64,000 nucleotides of DNA, from positions 7,993 through 71,992 of the forward strand of contig CAVGVF010000001.1 of NCBI GenBank assembly GCA_963632615.1. Reading direction: 5' to 3'. A model generated the notes under the pieces. That model was not told the origin of the DNA and searched no databases. It worked only from the letters and a program-made list of their open reading frames with translations. Shown here one piece after another: positions 1 to 9,468 of the stretch (its first letter is position 1; the number at the start of each line of letters is the position of its first letter). The stretch comes from an uncultured Eubacteriales bacterium. GTDB lineage: Bacteria; Pseudomonadota; Alphaproteobacteria; RF32; CAG-239. The position numbers and the translations under genes were made by a program.

Positions 1-2
1 CT

Positions 3-1109
3 TTGCGCGTTCAGCTTTCAAAACTGCCGCAAATGGTTGCTTTGCTTAACGGGGTCGGCGGCTTGGCTTCGGCTTTTATTATCTGCTGCCCGTTTAAATA
101 CAGCAAAGAAAATATTTTGGAAGTGCTGTGCGTTATTATCGGCTTAATGACTTTCAGCGGTTCAATGATTGCTTTTGCCAAACTGCACGGCTGGCTGCAC
201 AAAAATTTTGACTGGTTCAAATGGCTCAGCGTGGGGCTCGAAATTCTGCTGCTGGCAAATGCCGTATATTTTGTACAGACCGACAGCGGTTTCGGAGGAG
301 TAATGGTTTTGGCGCTTTTAGTCGGTATCTGCGGCACTATGCCGATTGGCGGCGCCGATATGCCGGTAGTTATTTCTTTGTTGAACTCGCTTTCCGGCTG
401 GGCTGTGGTTTTAGTCGGCTTGCTGGCCGGCGATTTGCTGCTGATTATTACCGGTACTTTGGTTGGCGCCAGCGGCACGATTTTATCTTATGTGATGAGT
501 AAAGCGATGAACCGTTCGCTCTTGAAAATTATTTGGCCGGCACGTCAAAAAAACGAAAAAGAAAATGTTTCGGCCGGTATTGTAAAAAAAGGTTCGGCCG
601 AAGAAGCCGCTTTCATTATGGAAAATGCCCGCAATATCATTATTGTACCCGGATTCGGCATGGCGGCTGCACATGCGCAAATAGCCTTAAAAAGCATGAG
701 CGATATTTTGACAGACAAATACGGCGTCAATGTGCGCTATGCAATTCATCCGGTGGCCGGACGCATGCCAGGACACATGAATGTTTTGCTGGCAGAAGCG
801 CAGGTGCCGTATGACAGTATTTTTGCAATGGAAGACATAAATCCGGATTTTGCATCTGCTGATGTGGTGTATGTTATCGGAGCCAATGATGTAACGAACC
901 CGCTTGCTAAAACCGATGCTAATTCGCCGCTGTACGGAATGCCGATATTGGAAGTTTCAAAAGCCAAAACCGTATTCTTTGTCAAACGCTCCATGGCCGC
1001 CGGTTATTCCGGTGTGGATAATCCGCTGTTTTATGCTCCTAATACAATTATGCTGTTCGGCGATGCCAAGCAAGTAACGGAAAATATTTTGAAAGCCTTA
1101 GAAAAATAA
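3..1109 (+). CDS. pntB: NAD(P) transhydrogenase subunit beta, 5'-truncated by the window edge
   Basis: The ORF is open from the window edge. Several TM helices are followed by a C-terminal NADP(H)-binding domain with recognisable strings (GFGMAAAHAQ, HPVAGRMPGHMNVLLAEA, VIGANDV). Confidence 0.85.
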   Translation: MRVQLSKLPQMVALLNGVGGLASAFIICCPFKYSKENILEVLCVIIGLMTFSGSMIAFAKLHGWLHKNFDWFKWLSVGLEILLLANAVYFVQTDSGFGGVMVLALLVGICGTMPIGGADMPVVISLLNSLSGWAVVLVGLLAGDLLLIITGTLVGASGTILSYVMSKAMNRSLLKIIWPARQKNEKENVSAGIVKKGSAEEAAFIMENARNIIIVPGFGMAAAHAQIALKSMSDILTDKYGVNVRYAIHPVAGRMPGHMNVLLAEAQVPYDSIFAMEDINPDFASADVVYVIGANDVTNPLAKTDANSPLYGMPILEVSKAKTVFFVKRSMAAGYSGVDNPLFYAPNTIMLFGDAKQVTENILKALEK

Positions 1110-1117
1110 ACAGAAAC

Positions 1118-1160
1118 AAAAAATACCTGCTTTTCATAACGAAAAACAGGTATTTTTTTT
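1118..1160. terminator. bidirectional rho-independent terminator between convergent pntB and the 1159..1821 gene
   Basis: Stem ATACCTG (1123-1129) pairs with CAGGTAT (1147-1153). It is flanked by an A-run upstream and a T-run (1154-1160) downstream. Confidence 0.7.
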
Positions 1161-1821
1161 ACTCCTCGATAATTTTGATATTACCGTAAGAGTACGCTTT
1201 TGTCTTTGGCTCCGTCTTAGGCTCAATAAAAGCATCGACTTTAGCCTCAACTTTTTCTTTAGCAGAGCTGAAAGCTGACTTGAGATCAGCCGTAACTTTT
1301 GCTAAAGGATTCTGTTTGCTTGCAGCAACAGTTTGTTGCAGCCCATGATTTTCTACAAAATCAACAGGTGCTTTTTCCAACGCCTCATATCGCTCAAAAT
1401 TTCGGAGCGAACTCTTGATAACGGTATGAACAACGTTTTGCCCCTTCAAAACATCTGCCCAAAGAAGCGACTTGGCAACATAGGTTTTACCATTGGTAAA
1501 AAACACTTTGATACCGTCTGCCGCAACAGAAGTTGAATCTACCTGAAGCAACTCGCGGATATACTCTTTGTTAGAAACAACACCTTTAAACGATGCCGCT
1601 TCATCCTTACCCTGGTAAGAAACAATTTTGTAATCGCCAACACCGTTGTCTTTGAGAGCCAGATACTGCGCAGCGGTAATGTCGGCAGAAGAACCGTCAA
1701 CACCATAAGCCATCAAAGCACGACCTTTTACATAGCTTTTTACCGGCACAAAAGTCTGAGCGCTTACTGCAACACAAACAAAAACAAACACTGCAAAAAA
1801 CAAAAACTTCTTCATAATCAA
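1159..1821 (-). CDS. secreted hypothetical protein (signal peptide)
   Basis: 220-aa ORF with a hydrophobic N-terminus (KKFLFFAVFVFVCVAVSAQ). No motif recognised. Confidence 0.6.
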   Translation of the reverse strand: MIMKKFLFFAVFVFVCVAVSAQTFVPVKSYVKGRALMAYGVDGSSADITAAQYLALKDNGVGDYKIVSYQGKDEAASFKGVVSNKEYIRELLQVDSTSVAADGIKVFFTNGKTYVAKSLLWADVLKGQNVVHTVIKSSLRNFERYEALEKAPVDFVENHGLQQTVAASKQNPLAKVTADLKSAFSSAKEKVEAKVDAFIEPKTEPKTKAYSYGNIKIIEE

Positions 1822-2037
1822 GAAAATTTAAATTAAATGAGTACTTGGAAAGCTCTTGTATTCGCGATAATAATAACGATAAGAGGTTTCCATAATAATA
1901 TTTTAGACAAATTTAGAGTAGCATAGATTTTGGCAAAATTCAAGATATTTTTAATAAAATAAGCCGCTGAAAAAGCCGGCGGATAAATAAATTAAACCCC
2001 GCTGAAGCTTAAATCCGGCGGGGCTTTGAATTTTTTA

Positions 2038-3414
2038 TTATAACTTTTTCCACGTTGTACCGGTTGGTCCGTCTTCCAATACGATTCCGCGTTCTTTCAG
2101 CTCGTTGCGGATAGCATCGGCAGCCGCCCAATCCTTATTCTTTTTAGCTTCGGCGCGTTTGGCGATTAAAGCTTCTATTTCGGCATCATCCTCAGCAGCC
2201 GCACCTTTAAACCAGCTTTCAGCGTCATTATACAAAAGTCCCAGCATATAAGCATTTGCCATAAGCTCAGATTTGTATTTTATACGCTCTTCTCTGGTTT
2301 CAGCTTTGTTCAAATTGCCTAAAGTTTCATGCAGATAAGACAGAGCCAGCGGAGTATTCAAGTCATCCGACAGCGCCGCTATCAGTTTTTCGCTCGGTTC
2401 GACTTTTTCTGCCGGAATATCAGCGTTTTTCAGCAGCGCGTTATAGAATTTATCCAAAATCGCCTTAGCTTGCTCCAAACCCTCAAACGTAAAGTTAAAC
2501 GGCTGATGATAGTGAGTGGTTAAAAATAGCAGGCGCAAAGCTTCGGCCGGATATTTTGCCAATATTTCATCAACAGTATAGAAATTGCCCAAAGATTTAG
2601 ACATTTTAACGCCGTTAATCATCAGCATGCCGGTATGCACCCAATAATGGGCAAAGTGTGTTCCCGGATAGGCGCAGCAAGACTGCGCGCATTCATTTTC
2701 ATGGTGCGGAAAGATTAAATCTGAACCGCCGCCGTGAATATCAAAGTCATTGCCCAGCAGTTTAGAACTCATAGCCGAGCATTCCAAGTGCCACCCCGGA
2801 CGGCCGTAGCCCCAAGGGCTGTCCCACCCCGGCTGATCGGCGTCTGACGGCTTCCACAAAATAAAGTCGGCCGGATTCTTTTTATAATCGGCAACTTCAA
2901 CCCGCGCTCCGGCAACCATTTCTTTCATCGAGCGTCCGGATAAAAAGCCGTAATTCGGCATAGAATCCACATCAAACAAAACTTGCTTATCGGCTATATA
3001 AGCATGGCCGTTTTTCAGCAGCAATTCCACCAATTTAATCATCTCCGGAATATATTCTGTAGCGCGCGGACGGTAATTCGGCGACAGAACATTCAGTTTT
3101 TTCATATCGTCAATATACCAGTTATACGTCTGCTCCGTAATTTCACGGATAGATTTTCCGGTTTCTTTATGTTTGTTTAAAATTTTATCATCCACATCGG
3201 TAATGTTAGAAACATAGGTAACATGATCTTTGCCGTAAACATAGCACAGCAAACGATACAAAACATCATACACCACCGGAGTTTTGGCATTGCCTAAATG
3301 CGCTTTGTCATAAACAGTCGGCCCGCAGACATACATACGCACATTGTTTGCGTCAATCGGAACAAATTTATCCTTACGCTGTTTTAAGGTATTATGCAAA
3401 TATATTTCCGGCAT
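2038..3414 (-). CDS. cysS: cysteine--tRNA ligase
   Basis: 458 aa. Class I aaRS HIGH-type motif (AHLGNA) and KMSKS are present, with typical CysRS strings (CGPTVYD, WHLECS). Confidence 0.93.
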   Translation of the reverse strand: MPEIYLHNTLKQRKDKFVPIDANNVRMYVCGPTVYDKAHLGNAKTPVVYDVLYRLLCYVYGKDHVTYVSNITDVDDKILNKHKETGKSIREITEQTYNWYIDDMKKLNVLSPNYRPRATEYIPEMIKLVELLLKNGHAYIADKQVLFDVDSMPNYGFLSGRSMKEMVAGARVEVADYKKNPADFILWKPSDADQPGWDSPWGYGRPGWHLECSAMSSKLLGNDFDIHGGGSDLIFPHHENECAQSCCAYPGTHFAHYWVHTGMLMINGVKMSKSLGNFYTVDEILAKYPAEALRLLFLTTHYHQPFNFTFEGLEQAKAILDKFYNALLKNADIPAEKVEPSEKLIAALSDDLNTPLALSYLHETLGNLNKAETREERIKYKSELMANAYMLGLLYNDAESWFKGAAAEDDAEIEALIAKRAEAKKNKDWAAADAIRNELKERGIVLEDGPTGTTWKKL

Positions 3415-3438
3415 TTTATCCTCCTGTTATTTCTAAAT

Positions 3439-4761
3439 TTAAGCTTTTTGCCCCAGCAAACGCTTTTTAGCTTTTTCATAGCCGATTAGCGGCAGCAGAG
3501 TTTTGAGTTCCGGTCCGTCATCCAGAGCTGTCAAGGCTTTGCGCAGCGGATGAAACAGCTCACGTCCTTTTTTGCCGCTCTGAGCTTTTAGAGCAGACAG
3601 CCATTCATTAAACGTGTTTTCATTCCAAGGCTCTGCCGGCAGCAATTCCGCCGCCAAATCGGTTAAGGCCTTATCTTCAATAATCGGCGAAACTTCTTTA
3701 TAGCAGATATCTTCCCAAACCTTAACATCTTCCACCACGTTCAAATTAGCACGCACATCATTCCAAAATGTTTCATCGGCAGCAATGCGGTCTTTTACCA
3801 AACTATATGGCATAGAGCGCACAACTTTGGTATTGAAATGCTTTAACTCTTCTTCATCAAACTTAGGCTGAGAACGTCCCAATTTGCTAAAATCCAAAGA
3901 TTCTGCCAGTTCATCCAAAGAATAATACGGCTCTATAGCATCAGAAGTGCCGAGTTTTGCTAAAAATGAACAAATCGCCATCGCTTCTACGCCCTCTGCT
4001 TTTAGCTCGCGCACGCCCAAGCTGCCCAAACGTTTAGAAAGCTTGCCCTCAGTACCGGTCAGCAGCGGCAAGTGGGCAAAAGTCGGAACTTTGCCGCCGA
4101 TAGCTTCAAACATCTGAATCTGCGAGGCAGTGTTGGTGGTATGGTCTTCGCCGCGCACAATGTGCGTAATGCCGAAATCGCTGTCATCAATGCAGGACGG
4201 CAGATGATACAGATAGCTGCCGTCTTCGCGGATAATAATCGGGTCGCTGAGCTTTTCAGCCTCATAGCGGCAATGTCCGCGTACAATATCATCCCACTCA
4301 ATCACGCCGTCCAGCAGCTTAAAACGATAGTGCGGCTTGCGCCCCTCGGCTTTGAATTTTGCCAAATCTTCGGCAGTATAATGTAGCGCCTGACGGTCGT
4401 ATACAGGAGCCAAACCCTTTGCCATAGCGCGTTTACGCTTAATTTCCAGCTCTTCCGGAGTTTCATAGCAAGCATAAATTCTGCCCTCTGCCATAAGCTT
4501 TTCTTTAACTTCATTATAGCGGTCAAAACGAGCCGACTGACGGGCTTCTTCGCTCCAGTTAAAGCCCAGCCATACCAAGCTTTCACGCATGGCATCCTCA
4601 TATTCTTTTTTGGAGCGGAGGCGGTCGGTATCATCAATTCTCAGCATAAATTTACCGCCGAGTTTTTTAGCCAGCAGCCAGTTAAACAAAGCTGTTCTGG
4701 TGTTGCCTATGTGCATAAAGCCGGTTGGGCTTGGTGCGAATCTTACTTTTATTTCAGACAT
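3439..4761 (-). CDS. gltX: glutamate--tRNA ligase (short form)
   Basis: 440 aa. The N-terminus RFAPSPTGFMHIGNTRTALFNW carries the HIGH-type motif, and a KLSKR motif is present. Confidence 0.9.
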   Translation of the reverse strand: MSEIKVRFAPSPTGFMHIGNTRTALFNWLLAKKLGGKFMLRIDDTDRLRSKKEYEDAMRESLVWLGFNWSEEARQSARFDRYNEVKEKLMAEGRIYACYETPEELEIKRKRAMAKGLAPVYDRQALHYTAEDLAKFKAEGRKPHYRFKLLDGVIEWDDIVRGHCRYEAEKLSDPIIIREDGSYLYHLPSCIDDSDFGITHIVRGEDHTTNTASQIQMFEAIGGKVPTFAHLPLLTGTEGKLSKRLGSLGVRELKAEGVEAMAICSFLAKLGTSDAIEPYYSLDELAESLDFSKLGRSQPKFDEEELKHFNTKVVRSMPYSLVKDRIAADETFWNDVRANLNVVEDVKVWEDICYKEVSPIIEDKALTDLAAELLPAEPWNENTFNEWLSALKAQSGKKGRELFHPLRKALTALDDGPELKTLLPLIGYEKAKKRLLGQKA

Positions 4762-4837
4762 TTATTTTCCTATATTTTTGCGCAAATTAATTTAAAATCT
4801 TTGCGTATCATATAAAGGTTGTTGTCTGATTTCAACC

Positions 4838-5506
4838 CTAAAATGCTGAGCCTTTTAACTTTTCTGCATTTTTTTGCTGATTATCGGCGGTAACTGTCTG
4901 CAAATCTTCCAAAAACCATTCCATATCTTCATCGTTGTCGTTATATATCATTTTATAAAAGCGATCTCGGAAAGCCAAAAGCAAGCTGCTTTCGCCTATT
5001 TTCAAGTCCTGCACCTGAATATTTACGCCGTTTTTGACAAGCACAAACAAAACATTGAAGCCGGCCTGCACGCTTTGTTCCGTTTCAACCGGTTCTTTCA
5101 GTTTTATATTGCACCAAACGTCTGCGCCTTTTTTGGACGGCAGAACTTTAGATACGGAAAATGATATATCGCCCTCGCCCAAATTAAGCGGATAGCCTTT
5201 GTACAAACTGTTTACATATTGCTTAAACAGCGGCACATATTGCTCCTGCTGCTCTGCAGTCATTTTCTTCCAATATTTGCCAACGGCAAATTTAGCGGCG
5301 TGATCTAAATCTATATCTTTATAAAAAATCTCATCCAGCGCTTTATATTTGCGTTCCAAATTTGTATCCGCCAAAATCTGCAAAATTCGGTTTCCTTTGG
5401 AATTTGCCCAGTTTTCAGCCTCTTTTACACCGATTTGCGCCGCCCAACTATTTGTTTCGGCAAATAAAACGGCAAAAAATATCATAAGTCTTAACAAAAC
5501 TTTCAT
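4838..5506 (-). CDS. MlaC/Ttg2D-like periplasmic phospholipid-binding protein
   Basis: 222 aa with a signal peptide. The FAVGKYWKKMTAEQQEQYVPLFKQY region is typical of toluene-tolerance Ttg2D/MlaC family proteins. Confidence 0.6.
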   Translation of the reverse strand: MKVLLRLMIFFAVLFAETNSWAAQIGVKEAENWANSKGNRILQILADTNLERKYKALDEIFYKDIDLDHAAKFAVGKYWKKMTAEQQEQYVPLFKQYVNSLYKGYPLNLGEGDISFSVSKVLPSKKGADVWCNIKLKEPVETEQSVQAGFNVLFVLVKNGVNIQVQDLKIGESSLLLAFRDRFYKMIYNDNDEDMEWFLEDLQTVTADNQQKNAEKLKGSAF

Positions 5507-5570
5507 CTTTATTTTGTATCCTGCCTGTTACATATTACAGATACAGATTAACACAAAAATGGTTAATAAG

Positions 5571-6656
5571 ATGAAAAAATTTTTAAAATTAGGTATGTTA
5601 TCGCTTTTTTTGCCGGCATTGGCACAAGCTCAGCAGGTTCCGCAGTTTCAAGAGCCGGTTTATTATGAAGAACCGGTTTACTATCATCCTCTGGCACCGC
5701 AGGTTCAGCAACAGCGCAGCCCGATAGAACAAATTGTCTGGAACAACAAAGTCCGCTGCGGCAGCGATATGAGCGTCAAAACCTATGCTCATAAAGAAGA
5801 CGGCGTATGGAGCGGCATTGATGCTGATTTATGCCGCATAATCGCCCAGGCTCTGTTAGGCGACAACCGAAAAATCCAGATGGTAAACGTATCGCAGAAA
5901 AATATGTCGCGCGCTTTGGATGAAGACCGAATTGATGTTATGCTGAGCGGCGGTTCGTATTCCGCCAAAACCGAAACTTCGCGCCAAGCCTTGAGCGCCG
6001 GCTTTCTCTATTATGACCACCAGATGCTGATGGTGCATAAAGATGATCCGGAAGATTTGAAAGAATATAAAGGCAAAAAAATCTGCATTTCTACCGATTC
6101 TGACTATTATAAAAATTTTGATGATTTTAACTGGAACAATGACTTAGGCATGCGCTATTTGACTTTTAACACTCTAAAAGAAGCTAAAGAAGCCTTTTTG
6201 CTGAACCGCTGCCAAATGATGACTGCCAGCGGATTGATGCTGCACGGCATTTTACAAGATTTGCCCGGCTCTAATGCCAAAGTTTTGCCGCAGCAAATTG
6301 CTCTGCATCCGGTATATGCCTATGTTCAACGCGATAACGCCGAATTGCGTCTGGCGTTAAAATGGATATTCAATGCACTGTTTTTGGCTGAAAAATATGA
6401 TATAAATGCTCAAAATTTAAGCTTTTTCACTTCCAATGATAATCCGGAAATCCGCAATCTGATGGGCGATAACGAGCAGCTGTGGACCGACCTGAAAGTA
6501 AAACCGGGCTGGCTGAAAGAAGTTGTTTCTTTATTCGGTAATTACCGCGATATTTTTGATAAAGATTTAGGAGAAGATTCGGAATATCATCTGCAGCGGG
6601 ATGAAGGCAAGCTGGTCAAAGACGGCGGCACCATCTACCCCCTGCCGTTTATGTAA
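5571..6656 (+). CDS. amino-acid ABC transporter substrate-binding protein (family 3, AapJ-like)
   Basis: The ORF-track start (5349) overlaps the opposite-strand gene. ATG 5571 gives the signal peptide MKKFLKLGMLSLFLPALAQA. The body resembles general L-amino-acid binding proteins. Confidence 0.6.
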   Translation: MKKFLKLGMLSLFLPALAQAQQVPQFQEPVYYEEPVYYHPLAPQVQQQRSPIEQIVWNNKVRCGSDMSVKTYAHKEDGVWSGIDADLCRIIAQALLGDNRKIQMVNVSQKNMSRALDEDRIDVMLSGGSYSAKTETSRQALSAGFLYYDHQMLMVHKDDPEDLKEYKGKKICISTDSDYYKNFDDFNWNNDLGMRYLTFNTLKEAKEAFLLNRCQMMTASGLMLHGILQDLPGSNAKVLPQQIALHPVYAYVQRDNAELRLALKWIFNALFLAEKYDINAQNLSFFTSNDNPEIRNLMGDNEQLWTDLKVKPGWLKEVVSLFGNYRDIFDKDLGEDSEYHLQRDEGKLVKDGGTIYPLPFM

Positions 6657-6698
6657 TTGGGTGTGCATTTAAATCAAGCAAACTTCAGAGGCGTCAAA

Positions 6699-7637
6699 CT
6701 ATGACGCCTCATTTATAAAATCTTGAACCTCTTTTTTAGATTCGGCAACTTTATAAACGTATGTTGTTGTTCGCCCCACACGATTTGAAGCTGTATAATC
6801 CTTTTCCAACGCAGCATTCTGCAACTCTTTTATTAAAGACTTACTATTGCAGGTAATTTCTTTGCTTTCGCTGGAAAACTTCAGGCAAAGTTTAACATCT
6901 GATGTAACTTTGTCGGAAAAATGTATTTCTATCTGTTTATACTTTTCACCATTTCCGCAATTTTCCCAATCAAAATAGCAAGCATAAAAAGCTCCTTTCG
7001 GATTATGCACCCATACAATATTAAAATCGTGCCCGTCCAGTGCGGAACTCAAATAACTAAACCATTTTTCGGCACACCAAGTTTTTATTTCATTATCCTC
7101 ACAATTTTTTATCTGCCCTTCTATTTTATTAAGCCTGTTATAATAACTTTCAAAAATTAAATCACATTTACTGTTATCTTTCAGCAATTCTAACATATTT
7201 TTACGCCGCAAAGAACAGCAATCATTTTGCGGTAACATATTCTCATCCGGTGTTTTATAATCACGCACATAATCCATTGTTTTTAAATAACACACTTTAA
7301 TCTTTCTTCCTGAATACAATTTGTCATTTTTTAGAGCACTAACATATCTTGCAATCTGATTGCCATGCTCATTTGTATATGTTTTATCTTCAATAATTAA
7401 AAGATGAGAGACTGTAACAACTAACACATCAATATTTTTATATTGTTTCTTTACTTCACAAATTTCTTCATCTTTAGCAATTCCGCATTTTTCCAAGAAA
7501 GAATGAGCAATATCAAATTGTTGCGAATATTTATCTTTATATAAATTTCTTCCGAAAGTCAGCATATAACAAAGAAAAGCGTCTTGCGACAATTCACTTG
7601 TGGCATAATCAAAAATATTAGGCTGTTCAATCTCCAT
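6699..7637 (-). CDS. PD-(D/E)XK nuclease family protein
   Basis: D...(E/D)xK core (IDVLVV...LLIIEDKTYTNEHGNQ). A GGAG RBS lies 9 nt before ATG 7637. The gene is AT-rich relative to its flanks. Confidence 0.55.
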   Translation of the reverse strand: MEIEQPNIFDYATSELSQDAFLCYMLTFGRNLYKDKYSQQFDIAHSFLEKCGIAKDEEICEVKKQYKNIDVLVVTVSHLLIIEDKTYTNEHGNQIARYVSALKNDKLYSGRKIKVCYLKTMDYVRDYKTPDENMLPQNDCCSLRRKNMLELLKDNSKCDLIFESYYNRLNKIEGQIKNCEDNEIKTWCAEKWFSYLSSALDGHDFNIVWVHNPKGAFYACYFDWENCGNGEKYKQIEIHFSDKVTSDVKLCLKFSSESKEITCNSKSLIKELQNAALEKDYTASNRVGRTTTYVYKVAESKKEVQDFINEAS

Positions 7638-8142
7638 AGCTGTAATCTCCAATAAAAAAGTTTGTTTATAACTTTCAGAGCACAATCTCTGTCATATTTG
7701 AAAGAATAATAATGTAAATGCTAACTAAAGGCAATTCATTATTAAAACTATTCAGAATTTACTTAGCATAAAGTATCACTATCCCCAACTTTCAAACAGT
7801 TAAGCGAATAAGTGTGGACATTTAACAAAAAGAGGGCAAAAATATTGGTGTGGGGCGAAAAAAACAAAACCTAATGAGGCTTTTGAGGCTAATGAGGTTT
7901 AACTTAACCCGCATATAAAAAACATTGTAAATAGGTATTATCCAAAGGTTTAGGGATAAAAAAGGGAAAAAATTTATAAACAGGGAATTTAAATTTTTGA
8001 AAAATTTTTATAAAAATACAATCCTTAAAAAAATAAAGAAATTAAAAGACAAATTAAACACCGCAAACACGCTGTGTGCAACGATTTGAAAAAAACACTT
8101 GATTTCTGTATTTTTATATTATATAAGACTTAAAGATTTTAT

Positions 8143-8218
8143 AGGGGTATAGCTCAGTTGGTAGAGCATCGGTCTCCAAAACCGAGTGTCGTGAGTTCGA
8201 ATCTTACTGCCCCTGCCA
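8143..8218 (+). tRNA. trnW: tRNA-Trp (anticodon CCA)
   Basis: A 76-nt cloverleaf folds by hand: acceptor AGGGGTA/TGCCCCT, anticodon loop CTCCAAA, T-loop TTCGAAT, encoded CCA. Confidence 0.93.
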
Positions 8219-8607
8219 AAACAAAGCCGCCATTAGGGCGGTTTTTTTGTGGCATTCGGGGCTGTTGATGAGAACTCACGAAAGAGTGGTTCGACCACAA
8301 GCGAAAGGCGGACTTTTGGACACCGGTGAGCTTTGCGAATGAGCGCCGTGGCGGCGTAGCCAATCTTACTGCCCCTGCCAAAACAAAGCCGCCATTAGGG
8401 CGGTTTTTTTGTGGCATTCGGGGCTGTTGATGAGAACTCACGAAAGAGTGGTTCGACCACAAGCGAAAGGCGGACTTTTGGACACCGGTGAGCTTTGCGA
8501 ATGAGCGCCGTGGCGGCGTAGCCAATCTTACTGCCCCTGCCAAAACAAAACCGCCTTTAGGTCGGTTTTTTTTATGGCATTCGGGGCTGTTGATGAGAAC
8601 TCGGTTC
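8200..8607 (+). repeat. 2.5 tandem copies of a 162-bp unit, each led by the last 19 nt of tRNA-Trp
   Basis: Units start at 8200, 8362 and 8524 with AATCTTACTGCCCCTGCCA (T-loop A58 to CCA). Each continues with a terminator hairpin and a core of about 110 nt. Copies 1 and 2 read identical. Copy 3 is diverged in the terminator stem, has a 10-nt deletion and is truncated. Confidence 0.9.
8226..8248 (+). terminator. rho-independent terminator after tRNA-Trp
   Basis: CCGCC/GGCGG stem with loop ATTAG, followed by T7. Confidence 0.75.
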
Positions 8608-8616
8608 TTAAAATTC

Positions 8617-8757
8617 CTACTTTTTCAAGCTATCCATGACCGACTTAAAGGAAGTTAGAGCGGTTTGTAAATTATCTGCAATTTCAGCGGCTAAAATTTG
8701 CGGTTCAGGTAAATTTTCTAAACTTTCCAGACTTTCATCTTTTATCCAGCTACGGAA
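8617..8757 (-). pseudogene. remnant resembling the C-terminal tail of a type I R-M subunit (HsdM-like)
   Basis: The minus-strand translation FRSWIKDESLESLENLPEPQILAAEIADNLQTALTSFKSVMDSLKK* matches, from memory, the acidic C-terminal tail seen in type I methylase subunits. There is no start and no upstream body. Confidence 0.3.
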
Positions 8758-8834
8758 AATTATTTGGCATTGGCTTTTCCTGATTTTGCCTTAAGATAAT
8801 TCACAAAAGCGGAACATACAACGAGCATATATTT

Positions 8835-9095
8835 TTACATAACCATATCTTTCTGAAAATCGTTCAAATCGCATTTTTTAGTCCTTTTTACAGTTTTTTT
8901 AGCTTCTATAACTCCGCAGGCTTTGCCATCTACAAACAGCAAATAATCAGCTTCCGTGCCGTCGGCCATCAAAAATTCTCGGACAGCTACACCTAAACCG
9001 GCGGTTCGGTCAAAACTGTCTCGGTCTTGGATAATCCAGCCGGCTTGTAATAACAAATTATCAATTTTTTGTCTTGCGTTTTCTTCAGGTGTCAT
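8835..9095 (-). pseudogene. HsdR_N-type (type I restriction enzyme N-terminal nuclease domain) fragment
   Basis: The 86-aa ORF reads MTPEENARQKIDNLLLQAGW...ADYLLFVDGKACGVIEAKKT, with the D...EAK core. It ends right after the nuclease motif and has no helicase domain. Confidence 0.6.
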
Positions 9096-9257
9096 TTTTC
9101 GGTTCTGCCTTGTTCTTTTTTCTAAATTTTATTATTTTTCCAGAACATCAGCAAGCAAAAAAATGAATCCACCTTAATTATTTGTAAAAAAGTGAATAAA
9201 TTAAAAGGGATATTTCATAATGAATCCGTTTTCATGCTATTAAAATTTTGAAAAACA

Positions 9258-9461
9258 TCACCTTTCAATAGGGGCGTTAATCTGCTCGTCCATCATTAAA
9301 CCGTCTTTTACTTTTTCTGCCATCAAGAACAGGCCTTTACCGGCAGACTTGCTTTCCCATAACTTTCCAATAGCCAACTTCTTTTTCGTATCAGCGTAAT
9401 CAATCAGATGCTTGCTTTTGTATTCAACAACCAAAATCCGCCCATCACTCAGCATTGCCAC
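9258..9461 (-). pseudogene. C-terminal fragment of a restriction-endonuclease-like (ExK) domain protein
   Basis: 67-aa ORF with DGRILVVEYKSKHL...GKLW. It looks like the distal half of a PD-(D/E)XK domain without the rest of the protein. Confidence 0.4.
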
Positions 9462-9468
9462 GAAATTT

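Noticed and set aside
5349-5570. N-terminal 74-aa extension of the substrate-binding protein ORF
   Set aside because: The extension overlaps the MlaC-like gene on the opposite strand. ATG 5571 gives a canonical signal peptide immediately.
8263-8296. Hammerhead-ribozyme-like string CTGTTGATGAGAACTCACGAAAGAG in each tRNA-Trp-linked unit
   Set aside because: The core has U where C3 is required (TTGATGA instead of CTGATGA). No proper stem II lies directly between GATGA and GAAA, since there are extra nucleotides and only a 3-bp/2-nt-loop option. No cleavage-site helix could be built.
8154-8543. 129-aa minus-strand ORF with an internally duplicated sequence
   Set aside because: It runs antisense through the tRNA-Trp 3' end and the 162-bp tandem units. 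Its internal duplication is just the DNA repeat. It has no RBS and no protein-like features.
8200-8607. Possible CRISPR array
   Set aside because: The repeats are 162 bp long and directly abutting with no unique spacers. They start with a tRNA fragment. No cas genes are in the window.
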